From the NCBI GenBank assembly GCA_964566135.1, contig CAZMHM010000001.1, positions 133,829 through 197,828 on the forward strand: a stretch of 64,000 nt of DNA, given 5' to 3'. The position numbers and the translations under genes are program-made. This DNA is from an uncultured Candidatus Saccharibacteria bacterium. Lineage in GTDB: Bacteria > Patescibacteriota > Saccharimonadia > Saccharimonadales > CAIOMD01. The notes under the pieces are model-generated. The model saw nothing but the letters and a program-made list of their open reading frames with translations, was not told the origin of the DNA and did no database searches. The first letter of the stretch is position 1; each line of letters starts with the position of its first letter. Of this stretch, positions 47,458 through 57,049 are shown one piece after another.

Positions 47458-49833
47458 TTATATGACTTTATTACGCTGCAATAGCCAGAAGCTTATGTAG
47501 CCTGGCAAAATTGGTATCCAGAATGTCATAAGTCGATAAATGATAATCGTCGATAACGTAAGCCCCGGTTCGAAGCCAAAGGCGATAAGCCCGGCGTATA
47601 ATCCAGCTTCGACACCGCCTAAACCACCAGGTGTTGGTACGGCCGCACCAATAAGCGTTCCGATAGTATAGGCAATAAAGGCCTGCATGATAGTTATTGG
47701 CATGCCAATTGCGTGCGCGCTGGCGTACAAGGCAGCAACATAGAAAACGGTGACTAGCGAGGCACCAATAATCGCGAGCACAAGTCGAAACGGTTCATGA
47801 CGATATTCTAAAATATTATGCCAAGTATCAAGCGCAAGCTTGGCGATTTTGTTGCGCATAGTTTTCCATTTTATAAGTACGACGATGATAATTGACACAA
47901 CGCCGACAACAATGGGGATAATCCACAGTGGTATTGTTTTACCTGCAAGCAGCTGTGTCGGTGAGGTTTTAGTGATTGTCATAGCAGTAAACAACAGCAC
48001 TACATAGCTTAAGAATGCCGCGGCAGAGTTTACCGCTGTGACAGAGGCTGATTCGGACGGTTTATGGCCAGCCTTTAGTAGATAATCGACATTTAAGCTT
48101 AGGCCGCCAACGCCACTTGGTATAAGACGATTTGCAAACGATGCCGCAACTTGTACCGCAAGCGTTTTAAAGTAATTAAGCGGTACTCGTGCTAATACGA
48201 CATACGTAATAGAAGCGGCAAAGTAGGTCAGGGCAGAGGCGACAAGTGCGACGATAATCCATTTTGGATCAGCAGTTGTCAGGGCTTTAAGGCCATTTTT
48301 GAGCTCGTTAATCCGGGGGATAATCGCTATCGCAAGCAGTACAAGAATAATCATATATGCCAACGTTTTTACATTAATGCGCTTTATCTGTGCGATGGTT
48401 GCGGGCGCTTTTTGGTGGGTTGCATTTTTAATTGCATCGCGTAGTGCCTTGATACCACCCGGCTGTGCCTTAACAAGTTTGGTGGTAGCCGATGATAGTA
48501 CCGAATACTGTACGTACGGCAAGAAGGTTGCTAATTGCGAGCGAGATAAAACAGATAATGCAGATGTAACTGCACGCTCGGGACCAACCAGGGTAGACAT
48601 AGAAGCAAGCATTTCTACGCAATCCCGCATGACGCCTTGCTTGCCCGGTGAAAGCTCTGCAAAACCAAAATCAATCAACCACAGCTCACCCTTTTTATCA
48701 CGCAAAATGTTAGCAGTGCGTAAATCACGATGTGCAATTCTGCTTTGGTGCAGTTTTTCTACCAGTTTCCAAACAGCTACGAGTTGCTTATCGGTAATCG
48801 TTTTAGGGTCAATCTTATCAAGCGATTTGCCGTCTAGGCCCTCTTGGATAAGCGCCCAACTTGCACCAGCAATATGACAAACGCCAATGATTCCTGGTGT
48901 TTTAAGGCCAGAATCTTTTGCGAGCAAGGCCATAAATGCTTCGTGCTCGAGTTGCCGTTTTGCATTAAAGAACGGCAGCTCATCTTCGAGACGACGGTAC
49001 AAAATTCGGCGCGAGAACTTAAATAATAGGTCGGCGATAGTATTATCAGAATCAACAATTTTAATAAATACTGGCTTGCCGTCAACATAACCAAAGTACG
49101 TAGTAGAACCACGAGCATCTACTTTTGCGCCAGAAATATTTGTCGCCATAAAGCCAGATTTTTTTAGTGCTGTTGCAATTTCGCTTGGCAAGAAGCGCCG
49201 CGTTGGCGTACCCAAAAAGAAGTTAACGAGCGAGCCAGCAATCAACCCAACGCCTAGGCCACCAATAATATCAAGTGGCGCATGCATGCCAACAACGATA
49301 CGTGATACACCGACAAGTGCTACAAAAACATACAGCCACCGCCGGCCAGTCGGGCCGAGTCGTTGCCCAATAACAAGTGCCGCTGCAGTTGCAACAGCCA
49401 TATGTCCAGAGGGGTAGCCAAAGGCTTTATCTTGAACATCAAGCACATGTACATTCTGTAAAATCTCATATGGACGTAACCGTATCTGAAAACCTTTAAC
49501 GAGCTTTGCGCCCCACCAGGCGACCATAGTGGCAATCCAAAGCTCTGCAGCAAATGCGTAGCGGCGCCGAAACAGTAAAACGATAGAAGTAATCCACATA
49601 ACACCAATAGAGCCAAACAGCGTAAGAATTAAAAAGATGAGTCCAATCCAGGTTGGCACATTGTTCAGAAACTTAAAGATAGATTCTTCGGTACCGCTAA
49701 TTGAACCGCTGCGGGCATAAAACCAACCCCAAAGCAGCAAAAGCGAGCCTAAAAGTGTATAGATTACGTATCGCGGACGCCCCTTTAGAAGTAGTGAAAA
49801 TTGATTATTAATATCTGTAGTAATCTTCATCAA
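47458..49833 (-). CDS. three-domain membrane protein: PAP2 phosphatase + protein-kinase-like (lipid/LPS-kinase type) + LPG-synthase-TM/UPF0104 flippase-like domain
   Basis: PAP2: RLRPYE, PSGH, SRIVVGMHAPLD. Kinase: IAHRDLRTANIL..LIDFGFAE. The C-terminal roughly 300 aa are polytopic. Confidence 0.75.
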   Translation of the reverse strand: MMKITTDINNQFSLLLKGRPRYVIYTLLGSLLLLWGWFYARSGSISGTEESIFKFLNNVPTWIGLIFLILTLFGSIGVMWITSIVLLFRRRYAFAAELWIATMVAWWGAKLVKGFQIRLRPYEILQNVHVLDVQDKAFGYPSGHMAVATAAALVIGQRLGPTGRRWLYVFVALVGVSRIVVGMHAPLDIIGGLGVGLIAGSLVNFFLGTPTRRFLPSEIATALKKSGFMATNISGAKVDARGSTTYFGYVDGKPVFIKIVDSDNTIADLLFKFSRRILYRRLEDELPFFNAKRQLEHEAFMALLAKDSGLKTPGIIGVCHIAGASWALIQEGLDGKSLDKIDPKTITDKQLVAVWKLVEKLHQSRIAHRDLRTANILRDKKGELWLIDFGFAELSPGKQGVMRDCVEMLASMSTLVGPERAVTSALSVLSRSQLATFLPYVQYSVLSSATTKLVKAQPGGIKALRDAIKNATHQKAPATIAQIKRINVKTLAYMIILVLLAIAIIPRINELKNGLKALTTADPKWIIVALVASALTYFAASITYVVLARVPLNYFKTLAVQVAASFANRLIPSGVGGLSLNVDYLLKAGHKPSESASVTAVNSAAAFLSYVVLLFTAMTITKTSPTQLLAGKTIPLWIIPIVVGVVSIIIVVLIKWKTMRNKIAKLALDTWHNILEYRHEPFRLVLAIIGASLVTVFYVAALYASAHAIGMPITIMQAFIAYTIGTLIGAAVPTPGGLGGVEAGLYAGLIAFGFEPGLTLSTIIIYRLMTFWIPILPGYISFWLLQRNKVI

Positions 49834-49946
49834 ATCATCCCTTATTTGTTGGTATTGTGGCTGAATTGGCTAAAAAAGTACAGATTATTTTAAGATACCA
49901 AGCGTGAGCTTTTTTCTTTAGAGGTTAGAAAGGCTATAGTGGTTGC

Positions 49947-51230
49947 ATGACCGAGCAATACCAACATCTACCCGAAGCCCCAAGGCTCGCACCCCGCATG
50001 CGCGATGCAATTAAGCATGCCGGAACCGATATTGATACGCTCGACGAAGCCGCGCTTTTACACTACGGCGAGATTGGTGACAGAGTTGTTGAAGCTGACG
50101 ATGATGTGCAGACAGCAGCGTATATTGTTAGTGCGCGGTATCAATTTTTTGATGCGCTACAGTGGACTAATGTTGGCCACGATTTATTTGATGCGTTTAA
50201 CGCGATGCAACGAGCTAATAATGAACTTGCACGGCCAAGCCAAGTGCTCAGTAGCTTGCAAGGTTTCTATGATGTTGGCATTGATGCCACAAAGCCAATT
50301 GCACGCGACTGGCGATGCGCAATTGTAGGCAAGCAGCGCATAGCAACGCGCTACGAGCAATTACAAAAAGATACCGGCAGGCCAAAGCTTATTATCGAAC
50401 AGGCGGGTCGCGTCTTGTTGTTTTCGAATACCGCATACGAACTAAATGTTTTGCTCCATCGGAGCCAAGCGGTTGACGTCGCACGCCTATATGGCGAGCA
50501 CCCCCAAGCCGCCGAGATGCGTGATAGTGAGCTTCGATTACGCTATGATGTGGCAGCTAATTATGGACTGAAAGCATCGAAAGTTGTGACGCAAGTTGGG
50601 CAATTTTTAACCGCGCCCTTACCGCGAATATTCAACCAGCTTGAATCCTTAAAAGAAGTTGGGGTTGATGTCGCAAAAGTCATTAACCGAGCCCCGATTG
50701 TGATGCTTATTTCACCAGAAGACATGCAGTCTACAAAACAAACGCTTGATAGTTTTGGGGTTGATAGCATCAGGGTATTAGAGCAAGAACCAATCCTATT
50801 TATCCGACGCGACCGCATTGCAAAAAAAGTGGCGTATATAACTCGCGTTTTAGAGATGTATGGTTGGCAGGGTTCTATCCAGGAATTGCTTAGCAGAAAT
50901 CCAAAGTTATTCACTACAAGTCATTCACACATTGGTGCCAGTGCAAGTTTATTCGCACAGGCAGTTGATGCCGAAACGTTCGCTACAACACCCCGATCAA
51001 CAATGGGTAGTATGCTGCAGTTACAGCCAGAGTCTCATTTGCTTGCCAGCCTCGACACACAAGAGCAAGGAACGTATACGTCGCGTGCCAGCAAAATAGA
51101 AAAATCGCCAATCGCCCAAAAACGAGGCTTAGTAGACCAATACATGGCCGAAAAAACTATCACTACAGAAACAGTTGGTGCCGCTGGCTTACGCGCGTAT
51201 ATCCGGCATCGCAAAAGATTGCAAAAATAA
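49947..51230 (+). CDS. hypothetical protein with mTERF-like repeats
   Basis: Consecutive motifs of about 32 aa: LKEVGVDVAKVINRAPIVMLISPEDM, LDSFGVDSIRVLEQEPILFIRRDRI, LEMYGWQGSIQELLSRNPKLFTTSHSH (L..hG......h....P.hh). Confidence 0.45.
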   Translation: MTEQYQHLPEAPRLAPRMRDAIKHAGTDIDTLDEAALLHYGEIGDRVVEADDDVQTAAYIVSARYQFFDALQWTNVGHDLFDAFNAMQRANNELARPSQVLSSLQGFYDVGIDATKPIARDWRCAIVGKQRIATRYEQLQKDTGRPKLIIEQAGRVLLFSNTAYELNVLLHRSQAVDVARLYGEHPQAAEMRDSELRLRYDVAANYGLKASKVVTQVGQFLTAPLPRIFNQLESLKEVGVDVAKVINRAPIVMLISPEDMQSTKQTLDSFGVDSIRVLEQEPILFIRRDRIAKKVAYITRVLEMYGWQGSIQELLSRNPKLFTTSHSHIGASASLFAQAVDAETFATTPRSTMGSMLQLQPESHLLASLDTQEQGTYTSRASKIEKSPIAQKRGLVDQYMAEKTITTETVGAAGLRAYIRHRKRLQK

Positions 51231-51854
51231 TTATTTATATAGGTGCACTAGGCCTTTTTCGGCAAAGTAATCTTGTGTATAAAAATCAGATAACGGCCAA
51301 TAGCGTAGGTTGGCTTTTGCGGGCTTTTCTGCCTCTACGTCGCCACCCTTTAAATACAACATCCCGTTCGCAATCGTGTTGTTGCTCGTGCCACTAACGA
51401 GCTTGCTTGTCCAACCCCACGCTTCGTCAAGCCGCGTAACAGCACGTGAAACAATAAAGTCAAACGTGCCATGTACGTTTTCGGCACGTTCATGCAAGGT
51501 CATTACATTCGTTAGGCCAATTTCAGCAACAATAGCATCGATAACTTTTAATTTTTTACCAACAGAATCAACCAGCAGAAAGCTTGATTCGGGAAACAAA
51601 ATTGCTAGTGGTACCCCAGGGAACCCGCCGCCAGTACCAATATCGATAATGGTAGTGCCAGGCTTAAAATCAATGACTTTTGCAATTGCCAAACTATGTA
51701 GCACATGGTGCTCGTAAAAGTTATCAATATCTTTACGGGATATGACATTAATTTTTTGGTTCCAATCTGCATATAACGGACCGAGCGCAGCAAATTGCTG
51801 TTTTTGGGTTTCGGTTATTGCAGGAAAATACGTCGTAATTAGCTCTATCATCAT
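51231..51854 (-). CDS. rsmG: 16S rRNA (guanine527-N7)-methyltransferase
   Basis: Start moved to MMIELITTYF. WNQKINVISRKD and IIDIGTGGGFPGVPLAILFP motifs. Confidence 0.85.
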   Translation of the reverse strand: MMIELITTYFPAITETQKQQFAALGPLYADWNQKINVISRKDIDNFYEHHVLHSLAIAKVIDFKPGTTIIDIGTGGGFPGVPLAILFPESSFLLVDSVGKKLKVIDAIVAEIGLTNVMTLHERAENVHGTFDFIVSRAVTRLDEAWGWTSKLVSGTSNNTIANGMLYLKGGDVEAEKPAKANLRYWPLSDFYTQDYFAEKGLVHLYK

Positions 51855-51873
51855 CAAGTAGTGTAGCGCTACA

Positions 51874-52458
51874 ATGGTAGTAATGAAACCAAAAATTATT
51901 TTGGGATTGGCAGGGTTAGTAATTATTGGTGGCGTCGTTGCGGCGGGCACGGTGCTGTTGCCAAAAGTAAAAGTTCCAATTACCGTGGTGCAGGGCGTTA
52001 AGACGGAACCTGGTTTTTACCCTGTAGCCTATGTTTCTGACGGCGATACGTTTGCTGTTACGATGGATGGCCGCGAAGAAAAAGTGCGCCTAATTGGGGT
52101 TGATACACCTGAAACAGTTAAGCCCAACAGCCCTACAGAATGTTACGGTAAAGCGGCGAGCGATTTTACGAAACATACCCTAAACGGGCAGACTGTCCGG
52201 CTCGAGGCTGACCCAATTAACCAAAACCGCGACCGCTACAATCGATTATTACGATACGCCTACTTACCAGACGGCAGTTTATTTAACGCTACACTTATTA
52301 GCCAAGGCTACGCGTTTGCGTATTTGAGTTTTCCGTTTACGAAATCAGAGGAATTTAGATTGCTACAAGTTGAGGCACGCAAAAACAGCGTTGGACTATG
52401 GGCAGGGCAGTGTACTATCCAAGATCAAAACGGGCGCTACAAAACTAATACGCTTTAG
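51874..52458 (+). CDS. nuc: secreted thermonuclease (staphylococcal nuclease homologue)
   Basis: Signal anchor. VSDGDTF, VRLIGVDTPE and DRYNRLLRYAY motifs. Confidence 0.85.
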   Translation: MVVMKPKIILGLAGLVIIGGVVAAGTVLLPKVKVPITVVQGVKTEPGFYPVAYVSDGDTFAVTMDGREEKVRLIGVDTPETVKPNSPTECYGKAASDFTKHTLNGQTVRLEADPINQNRDRYNRLLRYAYLPDGSLFNATLISQGYAFAYLSFPFTKSEEFRLLQVEARKNSVGLWAGQCTIQDQNGRYKTNTL

Positions 52459-53185
52459 CACGTGAAGGCATCGTAAATGTGCCACGCTTAACGTGGTATG
52501 TACGAGTTTTTACAATTTTACGGTGGTACTGCGCAACCTTTTTAGGATGAATAAAGCGTATACCGTGAATATAGACCTTTAAATATCTATCGTACATAAT
52601 GGTGCCGCCAACATGATGCACGAGTAACGAAATATCAACATCATCATGCACCAAGCGTTCGTTCTGGCAGGTAAGTTGCTCTATTTTGAGCCACATATCT
52701 CGAGTAATTGCCATATTAGAGCCCCACAAAAGCTGAAACCCAAACAACCGGCGCCCAAGCGCAAAATAATATTTACTAAAGAACTCACCCGGATACACAT
52801 CTTCATACGCAAACTCGTACACACCGCCCGGACCAGTAATTGCATCAACGGTAGGATTTTTTGTGAAATCTGATTTCACACGCTCAACCCAAGTTTTCGA
52901 CATTACAGTATCGGCATCGATGCGGGCAATAAGCGTGCTTTTTGCGGCACTAAAACCTCTGTGATGCGCAGCAATAATACCTTGCGCAGGCTCGCGAATT
53001 ACGGTGACAAAGCTAAATGATGCCGCAATTGCGGCAGTCGCATCTGTAGAGTTATTGTCGACTACAATTACCTCGTCAGGTTTGACCGTTTGCAGGCTGA
53101 TAGCATGCAAACAGGCACCAAGGACGTCTTCTTCGTTATAGGCAGGGATAACTATGCTAAGCGTTAGCTTTTTATCTGCTATCAT
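52445..53185 (-). CDS. glycosyltransferase family 2
   Basis: LSIVIPAYNEE...VIVVDNNSTD...RIDAD (DxD). Confidence 0.8.
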   Translation of the reverse strand: MIADKKLTLSIVIPAYNEEDVLGACLHAISLQTVKPDEVIVVDNNSTDATAAIAASFSFVTVIREPAQGIIAAHHRGFSAAKSTLIARIDADTVMSKTWVERVKSDFTKNPTVDAITGPGGVYEFAYEDVYPGEFFSKYYFALGRRLFGFQLLWGSNMAITRDMWLKIEQLTCQNERLVHDDVDISLLVHHVGGTIMYDRYLKVYIHGIRFIHPKKVAQYHRKIVKTRTYHVKRGTFTMPSRAKAY

Positions 53186-53211
53186 AAATATAGTTACATT
53201 ATACGGTACCT

Positions 53212-54360
53212 ATGACTTCTAAACAGCCAAAGAAACCTACCAAGAAACCAGCTGTCAAAAAACCAGCAAAAAAAGTTCCGGCTCAAACCGGATTATTTCG
53301 TCGTTGTATAAGCTGGTGGAAGGTACGTAAGATTTGGCAAAAAATTGGCCTGCTTACAATCGCATTCCTTATGCTATTTACCGCTCAGGCATATGCGCTG
53401 GCTTATTGGTATCAGCAAAAACACAAAAGCGAACCACTACATTTAGGTGTTACGTATATTGCTGATTATGCACGCTATTTAAACGAAGACCCGCAAGAGG
53501 CATTCTTGGCATTACGCGATGATTTAGGCTTTCGGCGATTTAGGCTTGTAAGCTACTGGGACAATATCGAAAAATCACCCGGTAATTACGACTTTAGCGA
53601 ACTAGACTGGCAGATGAATAAAGTGAATGAAGTGAACGGGCAAGTAAGTTTGGCGATTGGTTTGCGCCAGCCACGTTGGCCAGAATGTCACTTGCCAGTA
53701 TGGGCACAAAACCAACCCAAAGACGTCTGGTATCCGCAACTCAAAAAGTTTATGACAGCTACGATTGAACGCTACAAAGACAACCCAAGCCTTGTGAGCT
53801 ATCAGCTAGAAAATGAGTACTACCTAAGCGTCTTTGCGCAGTGTCCTGATTCCACAAAAGAGCGTCTGCAAGACGAATTTAACTTAGTAAAGTCGCTCGA
53901 TGCAAAAACGCCTGTGATTATAAGTCTTTCGAATAATTATCTTGGCATTCCTATTGGGCAACCTCGCCCTGATCAGTTTGGTGTATCGGTTTACAAACGT
54001 GTATGGGATAAGACCATTACCAAGCGCTATTTTGAATATCCATTTCCAAGCTGGTACTACAGCTGGCGCGCCGCGCTAACAGAGATTTGGACAGGTAAAA
54101 GTAGTATGTTGCACGAGCTTCAGGCTGAACCGTGGCCCCCAACTGGCATTAAAGAAGCAAGTATTGCCGAGCAAGATAAATCAATGAATGCAGAACGCCT
54201 TGCTGAGCGCATACAGTACGGTAAAGATACCGGTTTTAGGGATATCGATTTATGGGGTGGTGAATGGTGGTACTATCGCAAAACCCAATTCAACGACAAT
54301 AGTCTATGGAACGTCGTTAAAGCAGAGCTCGCCGCCGAAAATGCTAGCAATAATAACTAA
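53212..54360 (+). CDS. membrane-anchored clan GH-A (TIM-barrel) glycoside hydrolase-like protein
   Basis: Lys-rich N-terminus plus TM. W..IE..PG.YDFS.LD pattern and LENEY acid/base-like motif. Confidence 0.5.
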   Translation: MTSKQPKKPTKKPAVKKPAKKVPAQTGLFRRCISWWKVRKIWQKIGLLTIAFLMLFTAQAYALAYWYQQKHKSEPLHLGVTYIADYARYLNEDPQEAFLALRDDLGFRRFRLVSYWDNIEKSPGNYDFSELDWQMNKVNEVNGQVSLAIGLRQPRWPECHLPVWAQNQPKDVWYPQLKKFMTATIERYKDNPSLVSYQLENEYYLSVFAQCPDSTKERLQDEFNLVKSLDAKTPVIISLSNNYLGIPIGQPRPDQFGVSVYKRVWDKTITKRYFEYPFPSWYYSWRAALTEIWTGKSSMLHELQAEPWPPTGIKEASIAEQDKSMNAERLAERIQYGKDTGFRDIDLWGGEWWYYRKTQFNDNSLWNVVKAELAAENASNNN

Positions 54361-55310
54361 GCAGCAAGTACGTCCTGCAAACCATGTAACATCATAGCCG
54401 CATGTGCAACTGGGTTGTCGCCAGTAGCGTGTAGATGCGTGCCTTCGCCAGAATAGACAATCACGTCATCATCAATTTCAAGCAGTTTGCTACCAACAAC
54501 TTTGCCAATTTTAAGTGCTGCATCGGGGTATTGCGCACGAATTCGATTAAGGTATGCCGCAAGCGTATTGCCAGCCATGCCACTTGCAATCGCTTTGTTA
54601 GTTTTATTGAGACTCGCAAGCCCAAAACGAGCATAATCGATAGCAAGGCCAGGGATAGATTGAACCTCGCTTAAGATAGGTAACTGCGCATCTTTGATAG
54701 CGCCACGCTGTGCGCCCCAACCGCCAGAACTCAAAAAGTCCTTTTGGAGTTCTTTTGCTGTGCGTCCATTTTTAGCTGGAGCTTCGTCGATATTTACGCC
54801 CAATACATTGATACTGGAATTTGGCATTGCAGCAAGCGCTGCTACGGCTAGGCCACCAAGCGAATAACCACTCAAGACGGCATTTTCAACCTTTAAGGCC
54901 TCGAGCATGCGCATTTGTCGCTCGGCAAGAGGCAGAAGACTCATGCGTAAGCGCGCAGCTTCGTTTTCTGAAAAATCATAGTATTGGCCTTTGTCGCTGT
55001 TATTTGGCAACAAAATCATGCGTGAATGTGGGGCAATGGTTTCTTGTGCAAAACGAGCACGGATGAGCATCGAATCTTTGGCTGCCTGCTGATGAGGTAG
55101 CGCCAACACAACCGTTGTATCATCGCGTTCACCAGCTGGATCTAGTACCACCGAAGTTGTCGTGTGGCCATTTCGACTTATCGTGACATAATCAGCAGTT
55201 TCTGTACGAAACTCATCTAATGACTTTACGGCCCATCGTTCGTGTACCTCTAGAAAGGTATCATCTAATAGATGGGTAACTTGGTCTGGTACTTTTGGTA
55301 ATTCACGCAT
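54357..55310 (-). CDS. alpha/beta-hydrolase-fold protein
   Basis: Nucleophile elbow GYSLGG. 317 aa. Confidence 0.6.
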   Translation of the reverse strand: MRELPKVPDQVTHLLDDTFLEVHERWAVKSLDEFRTETADYVTISRNGHTTTSVVLDPAGERDDTTVVLALPHQQAAKDSMLIRARFAQETIAPHSRMILLPNNSDKGQYYDFSENEAARLRMSLLPLAERQMRMLEALKVENAVLSGYSLGGLAVAALAAMPNSSINVLGVNIDEAPAKNGRTAKELQKDFLSSGGWGAQRGAIKDAQLPILSEVQSIPGLAIDYARFGLASLNKTNKAIASGMAGNTLAAYLNRIRAQYPDAALKIGKVVGSKLLEIDDDVIVYSGEGTHLHATGDNPVAHAAMMLHGLQDVLAA

Positions 55311-55380
55311 ATTTGAAAATTATTATAACACTATTATACCATATTTGTCAATAATATACCTCTGTTGTACAATAGAGTTT

Positions 55381-55851
55381 ATGGCAATTAAAAAATCGCC
55401 GCAACCTGCGCAGATAGTAAATAAGCAGGCCCGGCGAGATTACGAGCTACAAAAGACCTATCAGGCCGGCATTATGCTTATTGGGCCAGAGGTAAAAAGC
55501 CTGCGCACTGGCCACGGCCATTTGCGTGGTGCGTTTGTGAACATTAAAGATGGCGAATTGTGGTTATACAACGCTACCATCAATGCTACGAACGCCAACC
55601 GCTCGGCATTGTCAGAATCAGACCAAACACGGGCACGGAAACTACTCGTTAGTAAAAAAGAACTTGGCGAACTCGCCGCTGCGAAAGAGCAGGGACTCAC
55701 TATCATCCCGCTGAAGTTACATACCAGCAAGCACTACATAAAAGTAGACATTGCTACTGCGAAAGGGCTCAAAAAATACGATAAACGCGAAAAGATAAAA
55801 AAACGTGATACTGGCCGAGATGTTGCGCGAGCACTTAAGAATATCTCTTAA
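55381..55851 (+). CDS. smpB: SsrA-binding protein
   Basis: Start moved to MAIKK. NKQARRDYE, GPEVKSLR and the C-terminal basic tail. Confidence 0.9.
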   Translation: MAIKKSPQPAQIVNKQARRDYELQKTYQAGIMLIGPEVKSLRTGHGHLRGAFVNIKDGELWLYNATINATNANRSALSESDQTRARKLLVSKKELGELAAAKEQGLTIIPLKLHTSKHYIKVDIATAKGLKKYDKREKIKKRDTGRDVARALKNIS

Positions 55852-55879
55852 GCAATTGCGTAACATCTTGAATTTCCCG

Positions 55880-55917
55880 CGAGGGCCCCGCACACCGTAA
55901 TGGTGGCGGGGCCCTCG
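55880..55917. terminator. 16-bp GC hairpin between smpB and the islet G gene
   Basis: CGAGGGCCCCGC(a)CACC-gtaat-GGTGGCGGGGCCCTCG. No U-tract. Confidence 0.55.
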
Positions 55918-55924
55918 ATCGTCG

Positions 55925-56284
55925 TCAGGTCAGGGCGGGCTGGTGCAGGCGGCGGTAGCTGATGTCGACACCAGTCGTCTCGACGCACTTGCCGATCCTC
56001 TTCTGGATGAGCGTGAGCGTCACGTGCACGTCATCGGTGTAGATGACGCAGCACGCCGTACTGCGGATGTTGGCGCGGGACTGCGACATGGGCGGCTTGG
56101 TGTCCGGGAAGAACACCTCGGAGCCCGCCGGGCAGTCGACGACCTTGGCTTCGCTGTGCTTGACGAACTGGAACGACGCATCGTGGATCAGCTTGGTTTT
56201 GCCACCACGAGCCATCGCGCTCTCGAAGAGAGCCGTGACCTGGTCCTGCCAGGCCTGTGCCGAGTCTGATGAAAGTTGCACCAC
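55925..56284 (-). CDS. GC-rich islet G: hypothetical protein, 119 aa
   Basis: GC3-rich frame with a GTG start. The opposite-strand ORFs 55943-56269 and 56043-56660 are judged artefacts. Confidence 0.55.
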   Translation of the reverse strand: MVQLSSDSAQAWQDQVTALFESAMARGGKTKLIHDASFQFVKHSEAKVVDCPAGSEVFFPDTKPPMSQSRANIRSTACCVIYTDDVHVTLTLIQKRIGKCVETTGVDISYRRLHQPALT

Positions 56285-56324
56285 ACCGTTCCTAACACTA
56301 GATTCCGACGATTTGGGTATACCT

Positions 56325-56353
56325 ACTATATACTATTTATGCTTACATTGCAA
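56325..56353 (-). promoter_or_regulatory. sigma70-like promoter for the islet G gene
   Basis: Minus strand TTGCAA-N17-TATAGT. Confidence 0.5.
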
Positions 56354-56363
56354 TATACTCACG

Positions 56364-56392
56364 TTGCAAAAATTATCATTTTATAGTCTAAT
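56364..56392 (+). promoter_or_regulatory. sigma70-like promoter for the islet H operon
   Basis: TTGCAA-N17-TCTAAT, followed by the leader hairpin CTTTCG(t)GGCC-atc-GGCCCGAAAG. Confidence 0.4.
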
Positions 56393-56451
56393 ACTAACTA
56401 GTCTTTCGTGGCCATCGGCCCGAAAGTTGCACCCCGACCCGAGGAGCACAA

Positions 56452-56622
56452 ATGCTGAGAAGAATCCTGTGCGCGCTTGGCGTACACGAGAAGCCTCCCG
56501 GCTACAGGCCGGACAGCAGTGGCAAGGTACACGAAGTGTGCCCTCGCTGCGGACACGGCCGCGTCTACGACGCAGCCGAACACGGCATGCTCAAGATGTC
56601 CCCCAACCACAAGGAGCAGTGA
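56452..56622 (+). CDS. GC-rich islet H gene 1: 56-aa zinc-ribbon protein (prophage-type C..G.H...C.RCG pattern)
   Basis: GAGGAG lies 5 nt upstream of the ATG. MLRRILCALGVHEKP...CPRCGHG. Its TGA stop directly abuts the ATG of the next gene (TGAATG). Below the ORF-track size cut-off. Confidence 0.6.
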   Translation: MLRRILCALGVHEKPPGYRPDSSGKVHEVCPRCGHGRVYDAAEHGMLKMSPNHKEQ

Positions 56623-57039
56623 ATGGGCCTGACCGATCAAGAAAAAGATCTACTCGATGACCTGGCGCAAGCCATGATCATCGAAGCCATGCTCGTACGT
56701 GGCGACATCGACAAGACCAACGCCGGCTACTGGTTGGACTTCATCCACCAGTTCAAGCACGGCAAGCGGTACGACTCGCCTCGTTACACCGAGCACCCCG
56801 AGCTCAAGTGGTACTACTTCATGACCGAGCAGGGCGTCACGCCCACCATCGCCATGAAGATGGCCTATCACATGGGCGGCAAGTTCGCCTGTGTCGAGGA
56901 TGGCATCACCTGGCTCAGCTCCGTCCGTGACGGTGACACTGATCCGCGAGTTCGTGAGATCAGCTGGAACCAGTACGCCGGCGGTCTGAACGAACTTCGC
57001 CAGATGCCCGGCGTCTCGACCGTGCTCAGTCCCTCGTAG
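56623..57039 (+). CDS. GC-rich islet H gene 2: hypothetical protein, 138 aa
   Basis: Closely coupled to the upstream micro-gene (stop and start adjacent). GC3-rich. A terminator follows. Confidence 0.6.
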   Translation: MGLTDQEKDLLDDLAQAMIIEAMLVRGDIDKTNAGYWLDFIHQFKHGKRYDSPRYTEHPELKWYYFMTEQGVTPTIAMKMAYHMGGKFACVEDGITWLSSVRDGDTDPRVREISWNQYAGGLNELRQMPGVSTVLSPS

Positions 57040-57049
57040 TACGGTTACC

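Noticed and set aside
56043-56660. 205-aa ORF bridging islets G and H across the AT-rich promoter spacer.
   Set aside because: It runs antisense through gene G and through the promoter region. Its translation is Arg/Ser/Pro-rich nonsense. It is better explained by the 56-aa and 138-aa genes, which have RBSs.
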